Of a stretch of 64,000 nucleotides of DNA, positions 10,747 through 21,138 are shown one piece after another. Positions within the stretch are counted from its first letter, which is position 1; each line of letters begins with the position of its first letter. The stretch lies in the NCBI GenBank assembly GCA_963749155.1, contig CAVVLO010000002.1:576001-640000 (forward strand), in the 5' to 3' direction. Source of the stretch: an uncultured Armatimonadia bacterium. GTDB taxonomy: Bacteria > Armatimonadota > Zipacnadia > CAVVLO01. A model generated the notes under the pieces. The model saw only the letters and a list, made by a program, of their open reading frames with translations. It searched no databases and was not told the DNA's origin. The position numbers and the translations under genes were made by a program.

Positions 10747-13398
10747 CTAGTCCGACACTGTGATTTCGTCAATATAACCACTTATATGCTGGCCCTCATG
10801 GGGAGCAGTCCAGCAGCCAATCGCGAGTTCGATTTTGTCAATTTCGAGACTCTCGCTAGTTCCCTCGCCGAAGAGTTCATCCAGATCGCGCATCGGCTGG
10901 GCTACAAGCTCGTGCCAGACACCGGTCTCCGAAGGTTGTTTCAAGCTCGCGGCGTAGAAACCGAGGGTCTCGTCGGGCGTAGCCTTGATATAGTCCCAGG
11001 AATCGCCGCCCCAGTAGTACACCAGCAGATAGCGCCTCAGGCCTTCCTTGTCATAACCGCTGAGCATCAGTCGGGCATTGGCGGTGGTTGAGTATTCCTC
11101 CAGGAAATACCTGAGGCCAACTGTTGGTGACTTGCCTTTGAGGCGCAACTCCTGTCCAAGGCCAAAGGTGTGATCGCCCGCAACGAGACTCCTGTCGGTC
11201 GCAAAGTGGAGGGCCCAGGCGCCTGGTTCGGTCACCTCGGCCTGCTGCACTTCGAGCGCGACATTAGCAAGCGCCAGTTGTCGCCATCCCTTCAAGGTGC
11301 CTGTCTCGAAGCCACCCTTTTCGAGTTTTGTGGCCGGTTCGAGCCCCGGTTCGATTTCCTGTTGCCGCAACCAGCCAAGGGCTTGCTCAGCCGCGGCCAG
11401 AGAAGCTTCCCAGGTGTTGCTCGCTTCGACCTCTGGCAGCGGATTACGTACCCAGGCCTGTTCGATACGCACATAGTTTGCAAGCAAGGCCTGCGCGTCA
11501 ATTGTGTATTGCTTCCTTTCGAGTCGAGAGCGCAGGTGACCGATATAGGCTTTCACTCGGGGCAGATAATAATTCTGGTTCAGTTCGAGCATATCCCGGT
11601 GACTGTAATCACTCGAATAAAGCGTAAAGGCGACGTCCTTGAGGTAGCGCTCGCATTCGGTCAAATCGGCTTCGGTGACGCCTGGGATCGACCTGATAGA
11701 GTCCATAATTGGGCCGATCTGGTATTCCTTGCAGGTCGCAAGCAGCCTTAACAGGTGGTTCATTGTGCGCAAGAGATTGGAAGCCGATGCGTCAAAAGCC
11801 TGGCGATCGTCAGCGGTGAAGGCTCGGTATAAAGCCACAGACTCATGATTGAAGAGTTCAGCCAGGCTTTGTTTGGCGACATCAACTACATCTCGCGCAT
11901 AAAGCAGATTGCCTTGCTGGCGCCCTTGCTCGCTCAACATCAGCGCAAGCGCGTCGCGTAAAGGCGGTAGATATTTGAAGCGCTCATCGTTCAGGACCAG
12001 AGGTACTCCCATCCGCGTCTGGTAGAAGCCAGGGGTGAGGTCATTGGTGCCGTAGACGCTTGCAGCAAGCAAGCCAAGCGCGCGTTTCATTACAGGGGCA
12101 GACTCCGACCCATAACGCCTCAGGCTGTAGTCGGCAAGATAGTCATCCAAATCAAATCCGCGTGGATCCCACGCAAGGCGGGCGGCCAGGTCAAAGTAGA
12201 GTTCGTTGTAGCGGATGATCTCTGGATTGATATACAGGCCAAGGCCTTTTGACGCTTTGGGATCGCTTTCAACAGCCTGAACTCGCTTGACCAATCCGTC
12301 CAGATGCCCGTGCAGGTGCGCATTGCCGCCGAAAGAGTGGAGGATGCCAAAAGTCCACGACTTGCCCCCAAAATAATCGTATTGCTTGTAGATTGGGTGA
12401 CCCTCTCCCCAGCAGTCGGAGATATAGAAATCGTCCGAGCCGATTGAATCGAAGAAAGTTTTGGCTGTCTCGACGCGCCAGCCAGGATTGAAGAGAGCCC
12501 AACCACTAGCGAACCAGACAGCCTGAGAATCCTTGGCCTTATAGTCAGCCATAGTCTTGCGCGCGAATTCGGCCATTATCCGGTCTTCCTCAGCCGGATC
12601 GTTGCTGACGCGCTGTTCGGGCCAGGGATCGGTGTTGTAGACGTGGTCGACGCCCAGTAACTCTAGCCCAAGCTGGTGAGCATAATCTATCACTTTCGCT
12701 CTGCACTCGACCTCATACTTGTGGAGGCCACTCTGGGCCACATCCCAGGAGACATTGGGCGGAGGCGCATCGGGATTGGCAAGAGGCCACATCAGGCGGT
12801 TTTGCCTGTGCCAGGCGGCCCATTCGAGTTCCCTTGCCTGTTCGTCCCAGGGCCAGAAGAACATCCAGTTGTAAGCGAAGGCGCAACCCTGGTTATACTG
12901 ACGCAGAGGCCAGCGAGGCTTCTCCACTACATCGAGTTCGGGGAAACCGAGCGATTTGTGTTTCGGCACCTTGACCCCGTCCCAGAAGAAGCCGATGTGC
13001 CAGATATCCGACAGCAGGTGGTAGACGGCGTAGAGGGTTCCGCGATCGCTTCCCCCGACCAGCAGTAAATCGGTGTTATTAGAATTTGACAGAGTCTTGA
13101 GCGCATAGCCATCTGGCCCCAAGACTTCGGCATCGAAACCGGCGAGCAGGAGATTGGAGTCAGGAGTACCGATTATGATCCGGTTGCCCGAGGTCTTGCC
13201 TGTAACGGTCGCGAGCTCTGCGCCAGTCATCAGCTTGATGTACCGGACGAGTTCGCTCGCGGCTTTTTGTTCGACTGAGGAGGCTTTCGGGCCGATAACC
13301 ACAACCGCTGCAGGTTTACCTTTCTCAACCAGGTTAGCTGCATCACAACAGGCACCTGAGACAAGGACTACTAACAAAAGCCAGATGGACTTGCTCAT
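10747..13398 (-). CDS. Secreted GH89-like alpha-N-acetylglucosaminidase with C-terminal CBM-like domain
   Basis: Signal peptide, N-terminal 'DRGTLYAVYHLL', and GH89-like 'RQYNQGCAFAY..WPWDEQARELEW', 'DPWPE', 'LHSFGGN' and 'NPEII'. RBS aaggagg. Confidence 0.75.
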   Translation of the reverse strand: MSKSIWLLLVVLVSGACCDAANLVEKGKPAAVVVIGPKASSVEQKAASELVRYIKLMTGAELATVTGKTSGNRIIIGTPDSNLLLAGFDAEVLGPDGYALKTLSNSNNTDLLLVGGSDRGTLYAVYHLLSDIWHIGFFWDGVKVPKHKSLGFPELDVVEKPRWPLRQYNQGCAFAYNWMFFWPWDEQARELEWAAWHRQNRLMWPLANPDAPPPNVSWDVAQSGLHKYEVECRAKVIDYAHQLGLELLGVDHVYNTDPWPEQRVSNDPAEEDRIMAEFARKTMADYKAKDSQAVWFASGWALFNPGWRVETAKTFFDSIGSDDFYISDCWGEGHPIYKQYDYFGGKSWTFGILHSFGGNAHLHGHLDGLVKRVQAVESDPKASKGLGLYINPEIIRYNELYFDLAARLAWDPRGFDLDDYLADYSLRRYGSESAPVMKRALGLLAASVYGTNDLTPGFYQTRMGVPLVLNDERFKYLPPLRDALALMLSEQGRQQGNLLYARDVVDVAKQSLAELFNHESVALYRAFTADDRQAFDASASNLLRTMNHLLRLLATCKEYQIGPIMDSIRSIPGVTEADLTECERYLKDVAFTLYSSDYSHRDMLELNQNYYLPRVKAYIGHLRSRLERKQYTIDAQALLANYVRIEQAWVRNPLPEVEASNTWEASLAAAEQALGWLRQQEIEPGLEPATKLEKGGFETGTLKGWRQLALANVALEVQQAEVTEPGAWALHFATDRSLVAGDHTFGLGQELRLKGKSPTVGLRYFLEEYSTTANARLMLSGYDKEGLRRYLLVYYWGGDSWDYIKATPDETLGFYAASLKQPSETGVWHELVAQPMRDLDELFGEGTSESLEIDKIELAIGCWTAPHEGQHISGYIDEITVSD

Positions 13399-13559
13399 TG
13401 TATCCTCCTTCGGTTGTGCTACTGCTTTGCCCTCGCCAGGGCAAGCCCCTGCTTGATCGCTTTCAGCCTGCCGCACAGGCCGCAGGGGGCTGCCCAAAGG
13501 TGCCGAAAACCTTTCTTGCTACCTGGTTCTGCTGCTCAAAGCTTTGGAGGTATCTGTAA

Positions 13560-16502
13560 ATGCTACCGCGCGCACTTCTGCTTTTCTCCCTGATCACCTG
13601 CCCACTGCTGAGCGTTAACGCAGACAACCAGGAAGTGCTTGCAAACCGGATAGCGGTGTTCAGCGAACCGCATTTCCCTTTCTATATGAGCGATGCGCGA
13701 ATTACGCCGGCGCGGGTTGCGGACTGGCTTGGTGGCTGCGGCCTCGAGGCAGACCTGCTGAAGGCCTCGGAGCTGGCGGATGCCAATCGCTTCAACGCCC
13801 AACGCTACGACCTGCTTGTTTATGTCTATGGCAACACCTGGCCTCAGATGGCCCGGGAAAACCTGCGCGCCTTCCACGAGGCCGGGGGCTGCCTGCTGCT
13901 CGTTGGAGGCACGCCTTTCTGCCATCCTTGCGCGCCGGAAGGGGCCAGAGACTGGTCCTTTGGAGAAGCGCCTCGGCAGCAACCTCTGCGCGATGAGCAA
14001 GTAGTTCATACTGGGAAAGCCTCGCTCCGCCTAGGTCCGAGCACAGGAGACTGGTATGGCCCCGAGACTCTGCGCGCTTGCGGTCGAGGGCAGGCAAGCT
14101 CTACAGCCTGGGGGCGTGGATGCGCACCTCTGCTGATTTCGTTCCCGATGAGCGCACGCGGCTTTATCTGCGCGCCTGGGATGCAGAAGGACAATTTGTG
14201 GACCAGAGTGGTCCAACTCCGCCTCCGCCAGGCAGCGACTGGACCTGGGTCGAGGCCAGCTTCGAGCCGCCGGCCGGCGTCACCACCGTAGATGCAAGTC
14301 TGCAGATGTGGTGCAAGCAGGGCACCCTGTGGATCGATGATGTGGTGCTTTCCACAGGCCCAAAGTGTGACCCAGCAGCCAATCTCATCGCTAATCCTGG
14401 CTTCGAAGAGCTGCCCGAGGCGCCCACCTGGACCGACCTTGGTCATCGAGATGACTTCGGTCACGACGCGGCGGGGCTGGGCACTGGCGGCTTCCTCTGG
14501 GTCGAGGGAGTGGACGCCCAAGAGTGCCTGCCGGCGGGCCTCGAGGCCGGTCTGGACGTCATCCCCTGGGCCGATCGTATGATGCCCAGTTCGTACTGCT
14601 TGCTCGACCCGAAGTCGCTGCCAGCCGAGGACAAGGCGATCGGCCTAGTTGCAGCCTTACACGGAGGAGAACTGCTTGGTTGGCCTGTTGCGGCTATCCA
14701 GCATGGATGCCCTCAGTTCGCAGGCGCAATTGACGTGCTGTGCGGAGCCAATATGCTGGGTGTTCTGAAACGCGAAGAACAACATCATCTGGTGGTCCGC
14801 AGTGCGTTATGGGTGCTGGAGAAAAGCGGTAGACTTCGTTCTGAGGTAGTCGAAGCTTGCCTTGCTGAACTGGAAGAGGCATCACCCTCGGCTGACCTGA
14901 CGCGCACCCCCGAACCAGTAGAGGAGCCCAAGCCCTTTCCCGGTCTCTTCCCGCGCGCTCCGGCCCCCGCCAGAGAACTGATTATCCAGGATCTGCGCGG
15001 CAAGTCACGGGCAGAACAGTTCCTTGCTACGGTGTTGCAGGGGCTGGTGAATCGCCGCGAACCCCGGCTCTATGCCCAGGTGCCTGTAGCTCACGGCAGC
15101 CCCAGCGCCACCGGCTTCTGGCTGGATAATCTCAAAGAGCGCGGCTATACGACCCGGCCGGCAAGTGATACCAAAACGCTCATCGAAGAATTCAACGACT
15201 GTTGGCAAGGCGCAGTGCTTTATCCGGCAGACTTCTGGACCGACCCCGAGCGCCGTCCCTTTATCAATATACTGATGGCCCTCTGCGCGGTGCGCGACCT
15301 GCTGCCTGTGACACCGGCGCAGAACGAGCAACTTGGGCTGCCCGTGGCTCTTCGATGCCACCGAAGCCTGGGGCTCTGTGCGCGAGGCGACCCTTTGGGC
15401 CCTTGGCGAGTTATGGCCCCAGTGCAACCATCATGTCCTGGCTTACCACCATCCAGACCACATCCCCCTCTGTGATTATCTGGTTGCCTTTCGGATCTTC
15501 CCCATCGCCACTTACAGCACAATGCCCGAGGCGACAGATGACCTCCTCGAGCAATTGCTGCGCGACACCCCACCCAATATCCCTGTAATGGGATGCTGGG
15601 GGCAGTATGGAGAAAAACCTCCGCTCAGTTATGGCGAGGGCGAACTGGTAAACCTTACCTCGGAGTGGGGCAAGGTCTTCGTGGTCAGCGAGTGGGCGGC
15701 TAATCTCTCAGTCCATTCAGGTGTGCCCGTAAAGCCCGAGGAACTGCGCCAGCGGCCCGACCCACCGGTGGACCTCGATCCCGGCAAGGTCTATGTCTGC
15801 CTCGATATCTCCGATGGAGACAACCTCCAGTATGTCTACAACAACTTTTTCGGACCGCAGTGGTGGGGCAACTCGCAGCGGGGCCAGGTCAACCTGGGCT
15901 GGTCTATCGGCCCAGGCGCGGTCGACCTGATGCCCGATGTGATGGCTTACTACTATCGCACAGCCACGCCAGCGGATGGCTTTTTATGCGCGGTCTCGGG
16001 TGCTGGCTATTGTTACCCAGATACCTATGCTTCACGATTTGGTGAGCAGGGAGAGGCAATCTTCGATGGCTTCCTGGACTTGACCCGGGAAATGATGCAG
16101 CGCTCGGACACCCAGGTGTTGAACCCTTTCCGAGGCACAAGAGAACGTTATGAGCGCTATGCGGAGCGCATCCCGGAGCTGGATGGCATCCTGGCCGACT
16201 ATGGTAAAGGGCCGCAGCTTGCATACGCTGAGGCCAACTACACCGTGGATGGCAACCGAGTGCCCGTGTTCCGGGTGCTGGTCTGCCAGGGGGGCCAGGG
16301 CGATGTGGTCACCGAGACGGTCAAGGAACTGCGTCAGGCCACTCCGGACGGCATCCGTCCCGCCTTCCTGCACGTGTTCGCCATCAACTGGTGGAACAAC
16401 CCGACCGGCCTTGCCCAGGTGATGGAGCAACTGGGCGAGGGCTATGTCGCTTGTACGCCAGGTCAGTTTGTTGACCTCTGGCGTCAGGCTCAGGCCAGGT
16501 AG
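13560..16502 (+). CDS. Secreted GxGYxYP-family putative glycoside hydrolase with CBM-like insert; frameshifts near 14077 and 15347
   Basis: Three consecutive ORFs (13560, 14078, 15333) join into one protein containing 'LQGLVNR..PRLY', 'NLSVHSG', 'SDGDNLQY' and 'SGAGYCYP'. Confidence 0.75.
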
Positions 16503-16524
16503 CGTGAGTCGGTATGAGAAGGCT

Positions 16525-17595
16525 TTACTTCACCACCGGCACACTGCGCCAGCCCTGGCCCTGAGTGTATTCACGAGCGGTCAGGCACCAGATAACGAGC
16601 TTCTTACCCACCAGGTTGTCTGCGCGTCGCAGCAAGTTGACCCGGCAAGGCGTCGCGCCCGAACCGCGCACTCCGACCACGTCGAGGGGGAAGCCGAGTG
16701 CGAACGCCAGGTGATCTGCAAGCCCCGCGCCTGTCGCCTGCATATCTCCCCCGCTGTGGAAGATGAGGCAGTGGCTGTCTCCGAGCAGCAACACGGGTGA
16801 CTCGCGCCAATCGGCGGCCGGTTTGTTGCTCCCATCCAGCACGGTCAGCAGGGAAAGGCGTTCCTTGGGCAGTTCCTCATCGCCCAGAAGGCTCCAGAGA
16901 TCGCCTGTCAACTCCAGCTCGGAGGTCTGGATGTGGTAAGTGTGTTTTGGCACGCTGGCGAGCCAGGGGCGGTCCTTTACGGCCTTGGCGATAAGCTCAG
17001 CGACGGCCGAACAGCCCTGACTGGACCAGTGAGAGTCCTGCTTGCACCAGAGCAACTGGTCAGTATGGAGCTGCCGCCAGCGTTGCAGTTCGGGCGTCAG
17101 GTCAAGTACATGCACCCCTTTCGACTTGAGCAACGTGAGGAACTCGGCGTCCCAGAGGTCCACGCGCGGAGGCAAGGGCGGTTGGTCATCCTCCTCGGTC
17201 GCTGGGGCTGGCTGAGGCGCGGGCTGCGCGAGCTGTTCGGGGTAGAGAGCGGCTTTCTCGGGCACGGGCACGAAAAGTAGCTCTACCCCCGCCTGCTTGC
17301 ACTGAGCATTAAAGTCGAGGATGGCCGGCAGCGGGTCGGCGTATTCGGGCTTGGCCTGACTTGCACCGGCAGCGTTTGCGCCCCAGAAGGGGCCGACCGT
17401 GAGCTGACGTAGCTCGGGCATGAAGAACAGCCAGCCACCTTGACCTGGAATGACAGACTCCTCCGCAATCTCGGCGGCCTGGACCAGCGGTTTCACCAAA
17501 TCGAGCCAGGCAGTGACTGAGGCCGGCGGCTCAGCGGCCCAGGCGAAAGACGCCAAGAGGACTACAAGCAATAAACCAATCAAAGTAAGACGCAT
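16525..17595 (-). CDS. AlgX/AlgJ-like SGNH-fold polysaccharide O-acetyltransferase, secreted
   Basis: Signal peptide, 'GQGGWLFF', 'VPVPEKAALYPE', 'DSHWS' and 'LLGDSH'. Confidence 0.85.
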   Translation of the reverse strand: MRLTLIGLLLVVLLASFAWAAEPPASVTAWLDLVKPLVQAAEIAEESVIPGQGGWLFFMPELRQLTVGPFWGANAAGASQAKPEYADPLPAILDFNAQCKQAGVELLFVPVPEKAALYPEQLAQPAPQPAPATEEDDQPPLPPRVDLWDAEFLTLLKSKGVHVLDLTPELQRWRQLHTDQLLWCKQDSHWSSQGCSAVAELIAKAVKDRPWLASVPKHTYHIQTSELELTGDLWSLLGDEELPKERLSLLTVLDGSNKPAADWRESPVLLLGDSHCLIFHSGGDMQATGAGLADHLAFALGFPLDVVGVRGSGATPCRVNLLRRADNLVGKKLVIWCLTAREYTQGQGWRSVPVVK

Positions 17596-17596
17596 C

Positions 17597-18217
17597 TTAG
17601 GGCCTCCCAAAGAAGGTCGGCAGCGTCCAGGTGGCCTCATCGTCCAGCTCAACCCGGTTGTAGCCGCCATACTCGGCTTCAGCCTTGGCCCAGGGCGTGA
17701 GGGTTAGCGTGACCTGCCTGCCTGCTGACCAACTGGCGGCGGCGGTGCGCTGGTTGTCCTTCAGGCCCCAGACGAAGACGAGGGCCTGGTCCCCGTCCAG
17801 CTTGCCGGAGGTCGCTTTGGCTTGTTTGAGCCAGACGCCGATAAGACAGTCCTTGTAGGGAACGGAGCCAGGCTCAGGCGTCTCGCCGATTGCCGCGATG
17901 GTGCCCTGCACGATGAGTCCAGCGGGTTTGGCAGCAGGCCCAGCGACAGGCTCCTTGGCGCTGCTCGGCACCTGCGGCGCAGGTTTGGGCACAGGCTTGG
18001 CCGGCTCGGGCGCGACCTTGGTTGGCTCTGGCTTCACTTCTGGCACGGCAGTATTGGCCGGAGCTGGGGCCGGTGCGATGTCAGGCTGGGCGGGTTCCGG
18101 CTGAGTCACGGTTTCAGGCGGGCCGCTTGAGAGAGGCGCTTCTGGTTGCTTTTGGCCACAGCCAACCAGCAGGCCAGCAGCGATCACCAGCACTAGCATG
18201 AGAAACAAGGCTTTCAT
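17597..18217 (-). CDS. Lipoprotein with Pro/Ala-rich linker and an unnamed C-terminal beta domain
   Basis: Lipobox LLVGC, RBS ggagg, a P/A/E/K-rich linker and a ~105-aa C-terminal domain. Confidence 0.8.
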   Translation of the reverse strand: MKALFLMLVLVIAAGLLVGCGQKQPEAPLSSGPPETVTQPEPAQPDIAPAPAPANTAVPEVKPEPTKVAPEPAKPVPKPAPQVPSSAKEPVAGPAAKPAGLIVQGTIAAIGETPEPGSVPYKDCLIGVWLKQAKATSGKLDGDQALVFVWGLKDNQRTAAASWSAGRQVTLTLTPWAKAEAEYGGYNRVELDDEATWTLPTFFGRP

Positions 18218-18243
18218 GTCAGCCACCTCCAGGTGGATTACTC

Positions 18244-19657
18244 TCAGTCTACACTCCCGGCCGGAGCGGGCAAAGTCAGCTTGATGAGTTTCCAGTCACC
18301 CTCGGCCAGTTCGCGCATCGCGAACTCATAGACAACGAGCCGCTTACCGGCCAGGCGGTCAGTGCCACGGGCAAGGTTCCGGGCCAGCTCCTGACGAGCG
18401 CTGTAGGCTCCGCCAGCGTTGATTGCAATCTTGTCCAAGGGGCGGTCGAGGGCAAGCGAGAGCTGCTCCGCAAAGCCGGCGCCAGTGCCCCAACCCATCC
18501 CGCCGAGAGAATAGATGTTACTGAAGCTGTCCCCGAGCAGCAGCACGTCAGCGGTGGGGTCGGGCTGCCAGGGGGCGCCATCGGGGCCGCGAACCTGCTG
18601 GGTGGTGACGATCTCGGGCTGGAAAAGCTGCCTGCCGGGCGGGAACTTCACCATCTCGGCGATGTCTCCGAGGTGTGTGACGGGCATCTGCTGCTGGGTG
18701 TAACCGGCTGGTGGACGCTGCGGAAGCAGCTCTTCCTCCTTGATATGACGGGCCAGAAGGGCAGCAACAGCCCGCATCGTCTCGGGACGCCAGTGGGTAT
18801 CGGTCTTGAGGAATTGCGGTCCCTCGCCATCTCGCTTGCGCTGGGCGATGAAGGCCGAGGGGTCGAACACCTGAAGCCCCTTTGCAGTCATCCGCTCCAG
18901 CCAGTCTTCATAACCTGGGTTGTTGAGCACGGGCCACTCGGCCGTGCGCGCCGAAACCGCCGGCGAAGTATTCGGGCTCGATCATCGGCTTCAGGGGCAG
19001 TGGCACCACCAGCAGCTCGATGCCATCCGCAGCGAGTTGGTCACGGAAGTCGGCCAGGGTCTTCACCGAGTCGGGCTGGCGCGCCTCATGGCGTTTGACC
19101 TGGAACTGCATCCCCTGCCGGCCCTCATCCGCGGTAAAGAAACTTGGCCCGGTCAGATAATCCACGCCCTGGCGGTAATAGAGCCAGCCGTCCTGGCCCA
19201 CATAAGCTTGCTCGTTGCCCAGGCCAAAGGTGCGGGTCAGGGCATACTGCACACGTGGCATCACCCAGCGGGTCAGTACCGAGTTCTCATCCAAAGCGGT
19301 CTCGTAGTCTTTCACCTTGTGCTCGGTCGGCAGCAGGGCGGCGAAATCGCGCCAGCTGCGCACTTTGAGCAACTCGGCGGGGCTGGGCAGCAATTGGAAG
19401 ACCTGCCACGCCTGCGGCAGCAGGCCGACTGAGGACGGCTGGCCGGCCGCGACATCGGCCTGCCGGGTCGCCAGGTTGGCTCTGATATCCACCACGTGTT
19501 GTACCGTCGGTACGCCATAGACAAGCAGCAGGAAGGCGAGCACCAGCACCCAGGCCTGCCGCCGGGTCACGGTGGTGTGTTCAAGCGCAGCCTTGGCCTG
19601 CTGTTCGCGGGTCGGTTCTGCTACATCGTCTTTGGTTGTCCTGGTTTCGTCACTCAT
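18244..19657 (-). CDS. Membrane-anchored AlgJ/AlgX-like O-acetyltransferase; +1 frameshift near 18933
   Basis: N-terminal TM helix, 'GQDGWLYY' and 'VPLPLKPMIEPE' in ORF 18908..19657, then 'KTDTHWRP' and 'LLGDSFSNIY' in ORF 18244..18930. Confidence 0.85.
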
Positions 19658-19663
19658 AGGTCA

Positions 19664-21121
19664 TCAGAATATGAAGTAGATAAAGGGATTGTAGGCCTGC
19701 GTGGCCAGCACAGCGATGGCCAACGCAAGCAAGCCCAGACACAGCGCAACTTTCGGCCAGTTAAGGCGCTGGGTAAATTCCCAAGAGTCGCTCCAGCCCC
19801 AGGTGAGCAGGGCAGCGACGACCATCACGAGTACATAGAAGGGATTGTAGACTAGTCCCGAGACGAGCCAGGCGTTCTCGGTGTGGGGGCCAAAACCCGC
19901 CATCGTCCTCAGATAGCCCCACGCGGCCGGGAGGTCGTTGGCGCGGAAGAAGACCCAGGCAAGCGACACGATAAAAAAAGTGATGGCGGTCTTCAGCACC
20001 TTCGGGAAGCGCTCATAAAGGCTCTGCTTGCCAAGCAGACGCTCAAAGGCCAGCATCCCGCCGTGGATGCTTCCCCAGATAACGAAGTTCCACGCGGCGC
20101 CGTGCCACAGGCCCCCAAGCAGCATCACGAGAAAGAGGTTCACATAGGTGCGGGCGGTGCCCAGCCGGTTGCCACCGAGCGGGATGTAGAGATAATCGCG
20201 CAGCCAGCTTGAGAGCGAGATATGCCACCTGCGCCAGAACTCGGTGATGGACTGTGACTTGTAGGGCGTGTCGAAGTTCTTCGCGAACACGAAGCCCAGC
20301 ATAAGCCCCAGGCCGATGGCCATATCCGAGTAGGCGCTGAAGTCGAAGTAGATCTGAAAGCCATAAGCCAACAGCCCGTACCACGAGTCGTGCGTTGTGA
20401 CCGCGGCAGCGTTGAAGATGGTGTCGGCAACCTTCCCACAAGGGTTGGCGATCAGTATCTTCTTGGCCATCCCAAATCCAAAAAGGGCAACGCCGCGGGC
20501 GAACTTGTCCAGCGTGTAGGTGCGCTGAGCGAGTTGGTCGGCGACCTCCGAGAAGCGGATAATGGGCCCGGCCACGAGCTGGGGGAACATTGAGACATAG
20601 CAGGCGAAGTCAATGAAATTAGCCATCGCCCGGGCATGACCGCGGTAGACATCTATGGAGTAGCTCATCGACTGGAAGGTGTAGAAGCTGATGCCCAGGG
20701 GCAACGTCACGCGGAAGACTGTCTCCCAGGCCAGGCTGTGCAGGCCCAGCAGGTCCATCACCGCGTTGTAGTTGCCAAGGCCGAAGTTAAAATACTTGAA
20801 GAAGCCAAGCAGTGTCAGGTTGGAAACTAGAGAGACGACGAGGGCTAGCTTCTGGCTACGAGTTCGGGTGCCGCCCTCGGGCAGCAGGTGGATAGGCCCA
20901 CGCCAGCCACGCAGGCCATTATGCGCCTGGGCCAGGCCCGCCAAATAGTCTATCAGGGTCGAGGCGAGCATCAGGAAGACGAAATACGGGTTGGCCCAAC
21001 CATAGAAGACATAACTGAACAGCGTGAGCGCCAGGTGCTTGCCGCGGTGGGGCAGCAAGTAGTAGACGGCCAAAGCCGCCGGGAGAAACCAGAACAGAAA
21101 CACCTGAGAGCTGAAAACCAT
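19664..21121 (-). CDS. algI: MBOAT family O-acyltransferase (AlgI/DltB-like)
   Basis: 'LPLGISFYTFQ', 'FPQLVAGPI', 'QIYFDFSAYSDMAIGL', 'FWRRWHISLS' and 'GLWHGA' (catalytic His). Confidence 0.92.
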   Translation of the reverse strand: MVFSSQVFLFWFLPAALAVYYLLPHRGKHLALTLFSYVFYGWANPYFVFLMLASTLIDYLAGLAQAHNGLRGWRGPIHLLPEGGTRTRSQKLALVVSLVSNLTLLGFFKYFNFGLGNYNAVMDLLGLHSLAWETVFRVTLPLGISFYTFQSMSYSIDVYRGHARAMANFIDFACYVSMFPQLVAGPIIRFSEVADQLAQRTYTLDKFARGVALFGFGMAKKILIANPCGKVADTIFNAAAVTTHDSWYGLLAYGFQIYFDFSAYSDMAIGLGLMLGFVFAKNFDTPYKSQSITEFWRRWHISLSSWLRDYLYIPLGGNRLGTARTYVNLFLVMLLGGLWHGAAWNFVIWGSIHGGMLAFERLLGKQSLYERFPKVLKTAITFFIVSLAWVFFRANDLPAAWGYLRTMAGFGPHTENAWLVSGLVYNPFYVLVMVVAALLTWGWSDSWEFTQRLNWPKVALCLGLLALAIAVLATQAYNPFIYFIF

Positions 21122-21138
21122 TCTGTGGGCCTTGTTCC

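Noticed and set aside
17930..18150. Pro/Ala-rich repetitive stretch
   Set aside because: An ordinary low-complexity lipoprotein linker, not a DNA tandem repeat or array.
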